Position numbers and translations under genes: made by a program. The notes under the pieces were generated by a model. That model saw only the letters and a program-made list of their open reading frames with translations, ran no database searches and was not told where the DNA came from. From the NCBI GenBank assembly GCA_046597055.1, contig JBKJLC010000283.1:1-64000 (forward strand): a DNA stretch of 64,000 bases, given 5' to 3'. How positions within the stretch are numbered: the first letter of the stretch is position 1; each line of letters starts with the position of its first letter. Source of the DNA: Kofleriaceae bacterium (lineage in GTDB: Bacteria; Myxococcota_A; Polyangia; Haliangiales; Haliangiaceae). Of the stretch, positions 1-13,100 are shown piece after piece.

Positions 1-306
1 GCCGAGGAGATCGAGTCACGGGTGACGCTGGTCGATGGCGAGCTCGACCACACGGCGCTGGCGGCGTGGCTCACAAGCTTCAAGCGCGTGGCGATCGACG
101 CCGATCACCGGTTCCAACTCGAGAGCGTGACCGTGTCTGCCGAGCGTCTCGGCCCAGGTCGCGACGCCGCGTGGCATCTCGAGCTTCATTTCGAACTGCT
201 CGACTTCGAATCAGGCGGGTCGGTCAGGCATGCACAGCAGTTCCTGCTGACGTCACAGTCCGACTCGTCGGTCGACGCGGAACGCTATCGGCTTCTCGAA
301 GACTAG
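1..306 (+). CDS. hypothetical protein, probably 5'-truncated by the window edge
   Basis: Frame 1 is open from base 1 to TAG at 304-306 and converges on the next gene. No family recognised. Confidence 0.5.
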   Translation, partial: AEEIESRVTLVDGELDHTALAAWLTSFKRVAIDADHRFQLESVTVSAERLGPGRDAAWHLELHFELLDFESGGSVRHAQQFLLTSQSDSSVDAERYRLLED

Positions 307-1244
307 CTGGACGGGCGAATGCAGCGAATGGTTGCGTTGCCATCGAGCCCACGGCGGAAGCGCCGCCCGCCGTTCATCAGGTGCGCCGGAAAGCCCGCGG
401 CGCCGCCCCGGACGAGGCCGCACTGCTGGTTGCCATGGTGGACCCCATCCACGCACGCCGGGTCGCGTACGCACGCGTCGGTCCCGACCGGATCGACGCA
501 CGGTTCGGGGCAACTCGGCGCCGGGTCCCAGCAGTCGCGGACCCACTCGGTCGCGTTGCCGCCGAGATCCAAGATCCCGGCGGGCGACACGTCGCGCGGA
601 CAGCTTCCCACCGGCGCGGTGCCATCGAGATCGCGGCTGCCGGGCTCTTGCGTGCAGTTCGCGAGACCCGGCGCGAACGCATCGCCCCATGGATAGTGCC
701 GGTCACGTCCGGTTGCCGGATCATGGAGCGCGGCCAGCTCCCACTGTGCCTCGGTGGGCAGCTCCTTGGCGGCCCAGGCGCAGTAGGCCGCCGCCGAGAT
801 CCGGACGGTCTTGATCGGATGGCGCGCCCTGGCCGCGACCACCTGGTAGCCGGTGGGTGAACGGGTCCACTGGTCGTCATGCTGCTGGCGGCTATCGATG
901 CACTCGCCCCGCAGGGCACCGTCACAGCGATTGTCGACCGCGTTGACGAAGCGCACGAACTGCTCGACGGTCACCTCGTGCTGGTCCATGTAGAACCCGC
1001 GCGAGACGCGAACGCGTCGTGGTGGGACATCGAACGGACCGGCGTGCTCCGGCCGCGCGCCCATCGTGAGCTCGCCGGGCGGGACCCAGCACATCGGCGC
1101 CGGATCATGGTCGGGCTTGGGCGCGGCGTCGGTCCCGCAGCGGGGACCCTGCCACGTCTCTCGCGGCGCCGCGGCGCGCTCGCAGCCGCCGAGGACCGCG
1201 AGCGTCAGCAGGAGCCCCTCGACCGTGCTTGCCCGCGCCGTCAC
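303..1244 (-). CDS. formylglycine-generating enzyme (FGE-sulfatase/SUMF1) family lipoprotein
   Basis: Lipobox-like LGGC. Motifs VPPGELTMG, FYMDQHEVT, LPTEAQWELAA, YPWG, DLGGNATEWV and VRGG. Confidence 0.85.
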   Translation of the reverse strand: MTARASTVEGLLLTLAVLGGCERAAAPRETWQGPRCGTDAAPKPDHDPAPMCWVPPGELTMGARPEHAGPFDVPPRRVRVSRGFYMDQHEVTVEQFVRFVNAVDNRCDGALRGECIDSRQQHDDQWTRSPTGYQVVAARARHPIKTVRISAAAYCAWAAKELPTEAQWELAALHDPATGRDRHYPWGDAFAPGLANCTQEPGSRDLDGTAPVGSCPRDVSPAGILDLGGNATEWVRDCWDPAPSCPEPCVDPVGTDACVRDPACVDGVHHGNQQCGLVRGGAAGFPAHLMNGGRRFRRGLDGNATIRCIRPSS

Positions 1245-2530
1245 GGCGCAGGGACGACGATGCGACGCACCAGGCCGTTGATCGTGGTGACGTAGAGCTC
1301 ACCGGTCGCATCCTCGTGGATCGAGGTGATCGCGCCGATGTTGGGGATGACCTCGCGGTCATTCTGGTCGTTGCCGTTGACGTACTCGAACGCCCAGATA
1401 TCCCCGGCATAGTGATCGCCATAGAAATAGGTGCCGACCAGGTCCGGGAAGCAGGTGCCCCGGTAGACCTGACCACCCATGATCGACTTCCAGCCCTGGG
1501 TACCGGTCTTGAACAGGACGGGAGCGAGCAGGCCGGTCGTGTCGCAGGTTCCCGGCGGCTCATGACAGCGGGTGGCCTCGAGGGTGTCCCAGCCCCAGTT
1601 GATGCCAGGCGTGTTCGGTGCCACGTCGATCTCCTCGAGGTTGTCGGGGTTGGGGCCCTGGCCGACGTCGCCGATGTAGATGTTCCCGTTGGCCCGGTCA
1701 AACGTGAAGCGGAACGGGTTACGCAGGCCCTTGTGCCAGATTTCGGGCTTGGGCTGGCCAGCACCGCCGGCCGAGTCCTGGTGCGGGTTGTCGGTCGGGA
1801 TCCCGTAGGCTCGGGGCGGGGTCCGGGTGTCGACGTCGATGCGCAGCAGCTTGCCGAACCACTCACTGTCCTTCTGAGCGAGCTCGTCGGGATCATCGCC
1901 ACCGCCGCCATCGCCGATCGCGATGTAGAGTTTGCCGTCGGGACCAAACTCGATCGAGCCGCCATTGTGGTTTGTCGCTGGATCTGGGAACCGCAGCACC
2001 TCGCGGTAGGTGCTCGCCAGTGCGACATCGGTGCCGTGCGTCGCGCGGTACTCGGCGATGACGTGATCGCCGTTCGTCTTTGCCGAGAAGTGCACGTAGA
2101 AGCGGTCGTTGCTGCGGAACTCCGGGTGGAAGGCAAGCCCGAGCAGACCGCGTTCGCTACCAAGGAGGATGGGGCCGCTCGCACCGGTCAGGTTGAGGAA
2201 CGGCTCCGGCACCAGCGCTCCATTCTTGATGATGCGGATGCGTCCGTCCTTCTCGACCACGAACAGGCGCGGATCGCCTGGAGCGAAGGTGACCAGCACC
2301 GGCTCGTCGAGGCCGGTGGCGACCGGCTCGAGGCGCACGTTCGTGCCGCTGCGAGGCGTACAGGTCGCGACCGCGGCGTCGGCTGGAACGTCACCCGCGT
2401 CGGGATCCGTGTTCTGGCCACCATCGCCGCCGCCGGGGGTGGTGGGAGCGTCGGGGCCTACCGCCTTGTCACCCCCGCAACCCGCCGTAAGTACCAGAGA
2501 CAACAGACTCATCGGGACGACAGCGCGCAT
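1241..2530 (-). CDS. PQQ-dependent sugar dehydrogenase (GSDH, beta-propeller) family lipoprotein
   Basis: Lipobox TAGC. Motifs GSERGLLGLAFHP, NHNGGSIEFGPDGKLYIAIGDGG, GKLLRID, GLRNPFRFTFD and DVGQ...EEID. Stop overlaps the next start (GTGA). Confidence 0.88.
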   Translation of the reverse strand: MRAVVPMSLLSLVLTAGCGGDKAVGPDAPTTPGGGDGGQNTDPDAGDVPADAAVATCTPRSGTNVRLEPVATGLDEPVLVTFAPGDPRLFVVEKDGRIRIIKNGALVPEPFLNLTGASGPILLGSERGLLGLAFHPEFRSNDRFYVHFSAKTNGDHVIAEYRATHGTDVALASTYREVLRFPDPATNHNGGSIEFGPDGKLYIAIGDGGGGDDPDELAQKDSEWFGKLLRIDVDTRTPPRAYGIPTDNPHQDSAGGAGQPKPEIWHKGLRNPFRFTFDRANGNIYIGDVGQGPNPDNLEEIDVAPNTPGINWGWDTLEATRCHEPPGTCDTTGLLAPVLFKTGTQGWKSIMGGQVYRGTCFPDLVGTYFYGDHYAGDIWAFEYVNGNDQNDREVIPNIGAITSIHEDATGELYVTTINGLVRRIVVPAP

Positions 2531-2596
2531 GCCCGGACTATATGTCAGTCGTCGCGGACCCCGCGTGACGTGGCCATCATCGCCGCTGACAACCGG

Positions 2597-2986
2597 TCAC
2601 GGCGGCTTGGTGCGGCTGGCAGGCACCGACGCGGGCGCAACCTTCCTGCTCACGCCGCGCGCGAGCCGGCCGACCGCGATCATCACGAGGCCGGCGAGGG
2701 CGAGCGGGAGGAGGAAGACCCAGCCAACGAGCGAGCTCGCGTCGGACGAGCCGCCGTAGAGGACGAGCGCGACGACCATGCCGATCACCAGGACCGCGAC
2801 CGCGGCGAGGTAGCCGACGAGCTCGATCTTGCGGCGGCGCAGGCTCTGCTCGAGCATCGTGACGAGCTCGGCGGCCTTCTCGGGCGGCATCGCGGCCACC
2901 GCCTCCTGGATCTGGGCGCGGAACGCCGGATCGGCGAGGCGCTCGGCGAGGTCCTGGGGCTTGGGTTTGGCGTCGGAGGTGGCCAT
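2597..2986 (-). CDS. small membrane protein (two TM helices)
   Basis: C-terminal part of track ORF 2597..3967, read from ATG 2986 (MATSDAKPKPQDLAERLADP...). Two hydrophobic segments. Confidence 0.65.
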   Translation of the reverse strand: MATSDAKPKPQDLAERLADPAFRAQIQEAVAAMPPEKAAELVTMLEQSLRRRKIELVGYLAAVAVLVIGMVVALVLYGGSSDASSLVGWVFLLPLALAGLVMIAVGRLARGVSRKVAPASVPASRTKPP

Positions 2987-3019
2987 GCGGGCGGCCGGCA
3001 TTGTGGCATGGTCCGCGCG

Positions 3020-3910
3020 ATGACGACCGTGAAGATCCGCGACGACCTCGGCCGCGACATCTTGATCGGGCGCCCGCCCCGGCGGATCGTCTCGCTGGTC
3101 CCGAGCGACACGTACACGCTGTTCGCGCTCGGCGCCGGCGACCGGGTCGTGGGCCGCACCACCTACTGCGAGCTGCCGGCCGCGGCCGGCGCGATCCCCA
3201 CCGTCGGCGGCACCAAGAACGTCGACGTCGAGGCGGTGCTGGCGCTCGAGCCGGACTTCGTGATCGCCAACCAGGAGGAGAACACCCGGGTCGCGCTCGA
3301 GGCGCTGGCCGCCCGCGGGGTGCGCACGCTGGTGTCGCTGCCGCGGCGCGCGGCCGACGGGCTCGCTCACATGGCGCGGCTGGCGCGGGCGCTTGGCGTG
3401 GCCAAGGAGCCGGCGGTGGTCGAGCTGGTCCGGCGCGGCTACGACGAGCTGCGCGCGGCCGAGGCCACCCGCGCGGCCAGCGGGCGCCGCGCGTTCGTGC
3501 CGATCTGGATGGATCCGCTGATGACGCTCAACGGCGACACCTTCGGCTCCGACGTGCTGGCGCTGTGCGGGGTGAGCAACGTCTTCGCCGAGCGGCTGCG
3601 GCTGTATCCGCTGGCGGCCGATCTCGGCAAGGCGATCGCGCAGGACGCCGCCGGGCGCGACGTCCGGTACCCGCGCGTCACCGAGGACGAGCTGCGCACG
3701 CGCGCGCCCGATCTGGTGCTCTTGCCCGACGAGCCGTACACGTTCTCGGCCGCCGATCGCGCGGCGCTGGCCGCGATCGACACCCCGGCGGCGCAGGCCG
3801 GCGCGATCATCGACGTCAGCGGCAAGGATCTGTTCTGGTACGGCGCGTGGACCATCGACGCGCTGCCACGCCTGCGCGCCCAGCTGGCCGCGCTCGCCGC
3901 CGCGGCGTAG
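3020..3910 (+). CDS. helical-backbone metal receptor / BtuF-like cobalamin or iron-siderophore binding protein
   Basis: MTTVKIRDDLGR...PRRIVSLVPSDT...VVGRTTYC...VGGTKN...EPDFVIANQEEN, PDLVLLPDEPYTF and DLFWYG. No obvious signal peptide. Confidence 0.8.
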   Translation: MTTVKIRDDLGRDILIGRPPRRIVSLVPSDTYTLFALGAGDRVVGRTTYCELPAAAGAIPTVGGTKNVDVEAVLALEPDFVIANQEENTRVALEALAARGVRTLVSLPRRAADGLAHMARLARALGVAKEPAVVELVRRGYDELRAAEATRAASGRRAFVPIWMDPLMTLNGDTFGSDVLALCGVSNVFAERLRLYPLAADLGKAIAQDAAGRDVRYPRVTEDELRTRAPDLVLLPDEPYTFSAADRAALAAIDTPAAQAGAIIDVSGKDLFWYGAWTIDALPRLRAQLAALAAAA

Positions 3911-3929
3911 TGGTGTAGGGTTCGCCGCG

Positions 3930-6641
<2,712 letters not shown>

Positions 6642-6840
6642 GGCCCGGGCGGCGTCCGGCTGGCGCCGCCGACGCACACATGTCGCCGCCGTCGGCCCGT
6701 GTCGCACCGGTGGGTTGCGCAGGTTGCGCAGACGGCGGCAACGGCAGCTGCCGTGTCTGGCTGGCGGTCAGGGGCGGTGGCTGCATCGTCCCAGAAGTCC
6801 ACGGTCAGCGGCGGGCACGCGAGTTGCTCTCGGGTTCGCC

Positions 6841-7608
6841 GTGAAAACCGCCACGTTTGTCCTCACTTCCCTGCTCCTCGGCTGCGCCAGCGACAAGCTC
6901 CCCGATCCCGGTCCCGAGTTCGGCGAAGACACGCTCATGGCCGACGCCAAGGCCGACAGCATCGCGCGACCCAGCTCGTCCGAGCCGATCGCGTTCGGCG
7001 CCATCCTGACCGCTCGCTTCGACGCGCGCGCCAAGTACCGCGCCTACACCTTCACCGGCGTGCGCGGCCAGCAGGTCGACCTCTATGTCGATGGCCTCGC
7101 CGACCTCGACACTGTGCTCTACCTGTACAACGCCAAGAACGGCGCGCCGACCGGCCGCTCGCTGGTCTTCAACGACGACACCGCGACCCCCGGCTGGATC
7201 GTGCGCAGCAATCCGGTCGCGAACGAGCTGAGCGCGAGCACGCGGTACAGCCTGCCCGCCGACGGCAGCTATGCCCTGGTGGCCTCGACCTACGGGCGCG
7301 ACGGCGTCGGCAAGGCCGAGGTCACGATCGAGACGCCCGCCGCCAGCCTGACCGACGCCCAGGTGCTCGAGCTCGCCAAGGCGTACGCCTGGAACACCGA
7401 CGTCGAGCCGGGCACCGTGCGCCACCTGTTCGAGAACGAGGCGGCCGCGTACGCCTGGCTGCAGACCAACCAGCCCACCGGCGGCCTCGAGTGGCTGGCC
7501 TACGACGGTGACGCCACGCACTTCGTCGAGGGCACCAACGACCTCTGGTCGCAGCGCTTCGAGGTCGCCCGCGCCGATGGCGCGATCACCGTCACGGCCG
7601 AGCACTGA
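6841..7608 (+). CDS. lipoprotein with PPC (pre-peptidase C-terminal)-like beta-sandwich domain
   Basis: GTG start; MKTATFVLTSLLLGC lipobox; KAD motif; YTFTGVRGQQV...LDTVLYLY...NDD...LPADGSYALVAS. Confidence 0.7.
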   Translation: MKTATFVLTSLLLGCASDKLPDPGPEFGEDTLMADAKADSIARPSSSEPIAFGAILTARFDARAKYRAYTFTGVRGQQVDLYVDGLADLDTVLYLYNAKNGAPTGRSLVFNDDTATPGWIVRSNPVANELSASTRYSLPADGSYALVASTYGRDGVGKAEVTIETPAASLTDAQVLELAKAYAWNTDVEPGTVRHLFENEAAAYAWLQTNQPTGGLEWLAYDGDATHFVEGTNDLWSQRFEVARADGAITVTAEH

Positions 7609-7609
7609 G

Positions 7610-7622
7610 ACAGGGGACAGGT
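7610..7622 (+). repeat. left copy of 13-bp direct repeat (candidate att core)
   Basis: ACAGGGGACAGGT, identical to 26429-26441. Starts one intervening base after the stop of 6841..7608. Confidence 0.7.
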
Positions 7623-7670
7623 CTGAGGCCATCCAATAGTTCACAATAGTTACGGATCCCGCGGGGCCTT

Positions 7671-7705
7671 TGCTGCCACGGGGCTGCCACGGGGCTGCCA
7701 CGCGG
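7671..7705 (+). repeat. three 11-bp-period repeats, candidate integrase arm-type sites
   Basis: TGCTGCCACGG GGCTGCCACGG GGCTGCCACGCGG. The same motif occurs at 26316-26339. Confidence 0.65.
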
Positions 7706-7931
7706 CGCCAAACACGCTAGTGGGCTCGCTCGTCGGCGGGCTCGATGCCGGGCTCGATGGCGGGCTCGTCGGTGTACTCGCGAGGAGGCGACCACCTCGA
7801 ACCGGTCTGCCTCGGCCTCAATGATGTGCGGCGCCCGCTGCCCCCGATTCTCGGCCATGGCCGGTCCTCAAGATCGACGGCGCCCTGGTGGTTCGATCAC
7901 CTCCGGGCGCGCTCCATGGAGCGCCACCGTT

Positions 7932-8030
7932 GAGCGCTCGAGCGAGCGCGTCACGGAGCGGCCCGAGCGCTCGATCGAGCGCGTCAGCGAGCGGCCCGAG
8001 CGCCCGATGGAGCGCGTCAACGAGCGGACT
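7932..8030 (+). repeat. three tandem 33-bp repeats (11-codon units), possibly a gene remnant
   Basis: Units at 7932-7964, 7965-7997 and 7998-8030. The + frame reads ERSSERVTERP / ERSIERVSERP / ERPMERVNERT with almost all codons ending in G/C (track ORF 7821..8126). Confidence 0.7.
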
Positions 8031-8417
8031 CGGAGGCGTTCGTTGACGCGCTCCAAGCAGCTGATCCCGGAGAAGTTTGCGCTGCAACGAGTGTTCCCGC
8101 GGGCGTTTCGGCGAGTGGTCCGGTGAGCGCCACCGGTTGGAGCCGGCCGGCGGTCGCCGCAACCGGGCGCGCGCTCCTGGTTGTGGTGGCGGCTCAATCG
8201 TGCGTTCGCCCGGGGGCCGCGCGCTTGCCTGGCAGCGGGGACGCTGGCGGATCCCGGGATGATGCCGAGAGCTGCCTCCGCAGCCGCGAGCAAGTCAGGC
8301 GACACACGGCGACACACGCTTCGGATCCGCCGCTTCGCATTCTGGCTTCTACGGAGGTCGAGGGGAGCCGCGCCGCGCCGCGCCGCGCCGTCGAGCGGCG
8401 CGCCCGCGTCCGGGCGA

Positions 8418-10172
8418 TCACTCGTCTGGCCCCCTGTCGATGGGCGTAATTGGCAGGGCTTCATCGAAGCGAAGCCCGCTCCAGCCTTCGCCGGTGCCGA
8501 CGCTGCGAGCACGCCCCAGCCACACGTGGGTGGTGCCGTTAACGCCGCGGCTGCGCCGGGCGAGCCGCGTCACCCGGGTGCCTTCGCGCGGGATCTGCTC
8601 CTCGCGGACCCGGTACGGCGTGCCCGCCGCGACCGCGCGCGGCGAGAGGATCTTGCCGCGCGGGGTGACCACCGAGAGCGCCGCGGTGGCCGATAGCAGC
8701 GACGCCCGCTCGAGGGCGACCTGGGGGCTGGCGCCCAGCTTGACCGGCTGGAACGGGAACCAGTGGGGCGGCACCGACGACTGCAGTTGGTAGCGGAGCG
8801 TGGCGGTGCCAACCGCGGCGACCTCAGCGGCCGCCGGTGGGGCGGCCTGATCTGCGCGACGCTCGCCGCGGCCGAGCGGGCCCTCGACGGTGTGCTCGAC
8901 CGCCCACGCCAGGTTGGCGGTCTCGTCGCGCAGGAACCGGACTTGCTCGAGCACGCTGCCATCGAGCACGCTGGCGGCGGCGGTGCTCGGGACCAGGAAG
9001 CTGTCGGCCAGGCCGCCGTCGGCGCGCGCGGTCGAGAACATGGTGAACCGCCCGACCGCGCCGGCGTGCGCGGCCTCGGCGTCAGCGCGCGGGACCTTGG
9101 TCGACTGACCAAAGACGTCGACCACCGTGAGCGCGCTCCGGCACAACGTGCCCACCGGCTGCTCGAACGGCACCAGGTACCAGTCGTTGCCGTGCACCAG
9201 CAGGAAGTCCATCAGGATCATCGAAGCCAGGCTGCGACGATCGGGCCGGAGCGCGCCGATGTCGAACCGGCCGTCCTCGAAGTCCCAGAACCGCTCGTTG
9301 GGCATGCCGCGGAAGCGCACCGGCCCCGGGATCACCGCGCGCTCGATCGCCGACTGCCGCGCACCGAGCGAGCCGGCCGACGCGCCGCTCTGCGCCCGGT
9401 CGAAGGCGTACCACTCGAGATCCCCGCGCGCGTCGGGCGTCGCGTCGAGCGCTGCCCGGCCGCCGGCCGGATCGGTCGCGTAGACCCGCAACTGGTAACC
9501 GAGATCGGCCGGCGCCCAGCCCTCGGGATCGCCGTCGCACGGTGGATCCATGGTGGTGGCGACCCAGCGGACCAGCCGGCGCACCGCCTGGCGTGCGAGC
9601 TGGCGCCGCTCGTTCGGCACCGCCCACGGCACGCCCCGCGGCGGCAGGTCACCCGGCGGCGCCGCGTCGAGCGGCACGGGTGGCTGCCAGGTCTGGCTCG
9701 CCTTCCACAGGGCGACGCCATCGATCGCGCGACCTCGCCACAGCGCCCGCAGCCGCGCGGCGCGCGGATCGGCGTCGACCGCGTCGGTGATCGGATACGC
9801 GGCGAGGAAGTGGCCCCGCACGTCGAGCGCGCCGAGGTCGGCCAGGAACCGATCGAAGGTCTGGCCGAGCTCGACCGCGAGCGCGAGGTCGTCGGGCGAC
9901 ATCGCCTCGGACACGGCGTAGCGCTCGAGCGGTGTGTCGCCCGCGACCCGGTGCGCCGGCGCGCCGGGCTGGCCCCACCCGCGCACGTGGCCGAGCTGGG
10001 CCGCGATCCGCACGTACGCGGGCGACCCGGCGTCCTCGCCCTCGAATTCGCCGAGCTGCCACTGGCGGGTGAGCAGCCAGGCGGGATCATGGAGGCGGGC
10101 GGCGAGGGCATCGGCGAGGTCGGTCGCGCGCGGGCGCGGCTCGAGGCGGTTCCAATAGGTGATCGAGGGCAT
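8418..10172 (-). CDS. conserved-looking hypothetical protein, 584 aa (island operon gene E)
   Basis: MPSITYWNRLEPRPR...DPAWLLTRQWQLGEFEGEDAGSP; FRGMPNERFWDFEDG; FLLVHGNDWYLVP; FLRDETANLAWAVE; SGLRFD. Starts 2 nt after the stop of the upstream gene. Confidence 0.85.
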   Translation of the reverse strand: MPSITYWNRLEPRPRATDLADALAARLHDPAWLLTRQWQLGEFEGEDAGSPAYVRIAAQLGHVRGWGQPGAPAHRVAGDTPLERYAVSEAMSPDDLALAVELGQTFDRFLADLGALDVRGHFLAAYPITDAVDADPRAARLRALWRGRAIDGVALWKASQTWQPPVPLDAAPPGDLPPRGVPWAVPNERRQLARQAVRRLVRWVATTMDPPCDGDPEGWAPADLGYQLRVYATDPAGGRAALDATPDARGDLEWYAFDRAQSGASAGSLGARQSAIERAVIPGPVRFRGMPNERFWDFEDGRFDIGALRPDRRSLASMILMDFLLVHGNDWYLVPFEQPVGTLCRSALTVVDVFGQSTKVPRADAEAAHAGAVGRFTMFSTARADGGLADSFLVPSTAAASVLDGSVLEQVRFLRDETANLAWAVEHTVEGPLGRGERRADQAAPPAAAEVAAVGTATLRYQLQSSVPPHWFPFQPVKLGASPQVALERASLLSATAALSVVTPRGKILSPRAVAAGTPYRVREEQIPREGTRVTRLARRSRGVNGTTHVWLGRARSVGTGEGWSGLRFDEALPITPIDRGPDE

Positions 10173-10174
10173 GT

Positions 10175-13100
10175 TCACTCCGACGCGAGGACCGAGATCT
10201 CGTTGATCGTCTGGCCCGCCAGATCGAGGGTGATGGTGTCGTTGGCGAGGTTGGCCGCCAGGTAGGTCGTGGGCGCGAACATGCCGAGCACGCCGAGGTG
10301 CTCGGCGTCCACCGCGCGGATCTTCGCGAGGTCGAGCGTCTCGTGCAGGATGTCGACCAGGCTCGGCAGGTTCCAGCCGCCGCCGAGCACCGGCGGCACC
10401 GCGAGCAGCACGCACTGCGGCGCCTCGGCGCCCGGTGCGTCGTGGTGGACCGCGAAGCTGGTGTCCTGGATGGCTGACGGGATCAGCTCGGCCCACTCGT
10501 CGAGGAGCAGCCCCGCCCAGCCGCCGCCGGGCGTGAACGTGAGGTGACGGGTGACCGCCAGCGACAGAGCCCCGGCCGGCGGCGGTGCCTTGCCGTCCTT
10601 GGGATGGAAGCGACCGCCAAACCAGCGCGTCCCCGGTGCGTGGGGGAGCTGGCCGATCTGCAGCTCGAAGCGCCCGCCGCCGATCGCCTCGGACGCCATC
10701 GTCGCGAGCCGCAGCGCGGCGAGCGGCGGTCTCACCCGCGCGGCGCCCTCGAACCAGCGGCGCGGCGCGTACGGGTCGCCGACCAGCGTCGGCCCGTGGG
10801 CGATCGCCGCGTCGATGGCGGCGCGGTTTCCGGGCAGAAACGGCGACAGGATCGGCACGGTGTCACCGAACATCGCGCGCAGCGCCTCACGCGGCGCGGT
10901 CGCCACGTCGGCCGCGTTCAGCCGACGCTGCAGCTCCGCGTGGGCGGCCTCGGCCTGCGCCAGCAGGGCCGGTCGGGTGGCGGGATCGGCATCGTCGGTG
11001 CTCGCCGGGGTCGCCGCGCGCAGGCCGAAGCCCACCGCAGCCCACAGCTGGCTGCGCAAGACGTCGAGCGACACGGGGGCAGCCGGTGCCGACGCCTCGG
11101 TTCGCGCCTGGACCAGGAGCCCGCGGGTCACGACCAGGCGCTCGCGGGCGTCCAGCAGGCGCGCGGCCAGCGCCTCCTGCGGCGTCTCGGGCGGCGGTTC
11201 GTCGCCCGGTATGACCAGGTCGCTGGCAACCAGCGGACGCGCCGCGTCTACCGACTCGCCGATCAGCCGCGCGACCTCTAGCAGCTCGAGGAAGGTCACG
11301 TCCCGCGGCGCCGCCGGATCGCGGCGGTGATCGATCTCGAGGCCGCGTCGGCCGCGATCGCGCGTGGCGACCACCTGCGCGAGGCGCGCCGCCAGCTCGC
11401 CACGGCCGTCGAGATCGGTGGCGCGCGCCATCGCGACCACGTCGAACGGCGACAGCGCGAGCTCCGCCAGCGTGACGGTCACGCTGCGGCGCGCCCCGCC
11501 GCCGGCCGGGTCGGGAAACGACACCCGCGCGCGGACCCGCTGCGGATCGCCGAGTACCTCGCCAAGCCACGCGCCCAGCCGGGGCTCGGCCACCCGACGC
11601 GGCGTGAGGCTCGGCCACGTGGGCGGGAAGGTGCCGCTGCCGAGCAGGATCGCGACCCGGTGGGTACCGGCGATGCCGCCGCGTGGCATGGCGGCAACCT
11701 GAGGATCGGGGACGTCGCCTTCGCCAGCCAGCGATGCGAGCGTCGCGCTGGCGCGCTCGGTGTTGCCGCGCACGGTCTGGTAGATCGACTCGGCCAGCAG
11801 CAGGTCAGCCGCGCTGTCGAGATCAGCGTCGAGCGCGAGCAGGCACACCGCCAGCCGGTCGCGATGGACCGTCGCGACCGGCGGTAGCGCGGCCCACGGG
11901 ATGGTGGCCGCGGTGGTGCTGCCCGCCAGCGCGGTCCGGAGCGCGACACCGTCGACGACGTTGCGCGCGGCGATGCGGTCCGTCGGCTCGTCCAGCACCG
12001 CCGGATCCCGACCCAGCGGGAAGTGCGCGCGGAACGGGGCGATGAACATGTCGAGGCCAGTATCGTGGACCGCGCGCTCGAACCGGTACCCGAGCACCGC
12101 CCCGAGCGGGAGCCCCTGGCGGACCCCGTCGAGCAGCTCGCGCGCGCGGCGGACGCGCTGCGACGACAGGTCGACCGCGACCTCCGCGCGCGCGGCGCCG
12201 GTGCGGGTGAGGTGCGCGTTGCGCAGCACCGCGGCCGCGGCGGCGTGGGCCGCCGACGGGGCGTGGATGAAGCCGCCCGCGGTGCCGCCGCGCGGGGTCG
12301 TGCGGCGGCGCAGGTTCTCGACCCAACCGTACGCGCCGACGTGGATGCCGGCCGGAGCGGTCTTGCGCATCGCGGCGAGCCGGCGCGTCGCCATCGACGT
12401 GATCCACGCATCGAGCCGGTGCGAGCTCACGTCGAGGGTCTCGCGTAGGAGGCGCTCGAGCTCGGCGGGCGGCACCTTCTCGAGCACCTGCAGGTTGGCG
12501 CGATACGTGCGCACCTTGGCGCGATCCCCGTCGGTCGAGGGCGCGAGCAGCCACTCGCCGAGTGACTTGGTGCCGGTGAGCCCGGCGAGCGGCCGGCTCA
12601 GCCGCTCCCAGGTCGTGAGCCGCGCCTCGGTCCCCGGGGCGATCTTGTGGAGCTCGTGCTCCAGGCGCTCGATGGGCTGGGCCACCCCGGTGCGGATCGC
12701 GAGCTCCAGCCCGAGCCGGGCGTAGACGATCAGCGATGCCTGGCGCAGCAGGTGATACAGGACCGGGTTGCCGAACGCCGGGTGCCCGGCGAGGCCGGCG
12801 TCGCGCAGGCTGGCGGTCGACGCGGTGCGCAGCTCGCGGATGTAGTTGGGCGTGAGCTCGCCCTCCTCGGTGAGCGGCGCGCCGGTCACCAGCGGGCGGC
12901 CGATGCGCGCGGCCTTGTCGCTGAACGTCATCCGGGTGACGCGCGGGTGGCTGCCGGTCAGCCCGGCCTCGGCCAGCGCGGCCGACGCCAACGTCGCGCG
13001 CGCGGTGGCCTCGACCGCCGGGTCGAGCCCGATGAGCCGCCACAGGTTCTGGACGTAGCCGGGACCGACCACCTCGCGCGAGCGGAGCTCCCGGCTCAAG

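Noticed and set aside
1229..3910. 893-aa + strand ORF as a single protein
   Set aside because: The first ~600 codons are the antisense shadow of the GSDH and membrane-protein genes. Only 3020..3910 looks like real protein.
7592..7858. Minus-strand ORF containing EADRFEVV, resembling the kinase N-termini (DRFEVRG)
   Set aside because: The match is only 5 residues and no glycine-rich loop follows, so it is likely chance.
7932..8030. 33-bp repeats as a CRISPR array
   Set aside because: The units are directly adjacent with no spacers, they vary by codon, and no cas genes are present.
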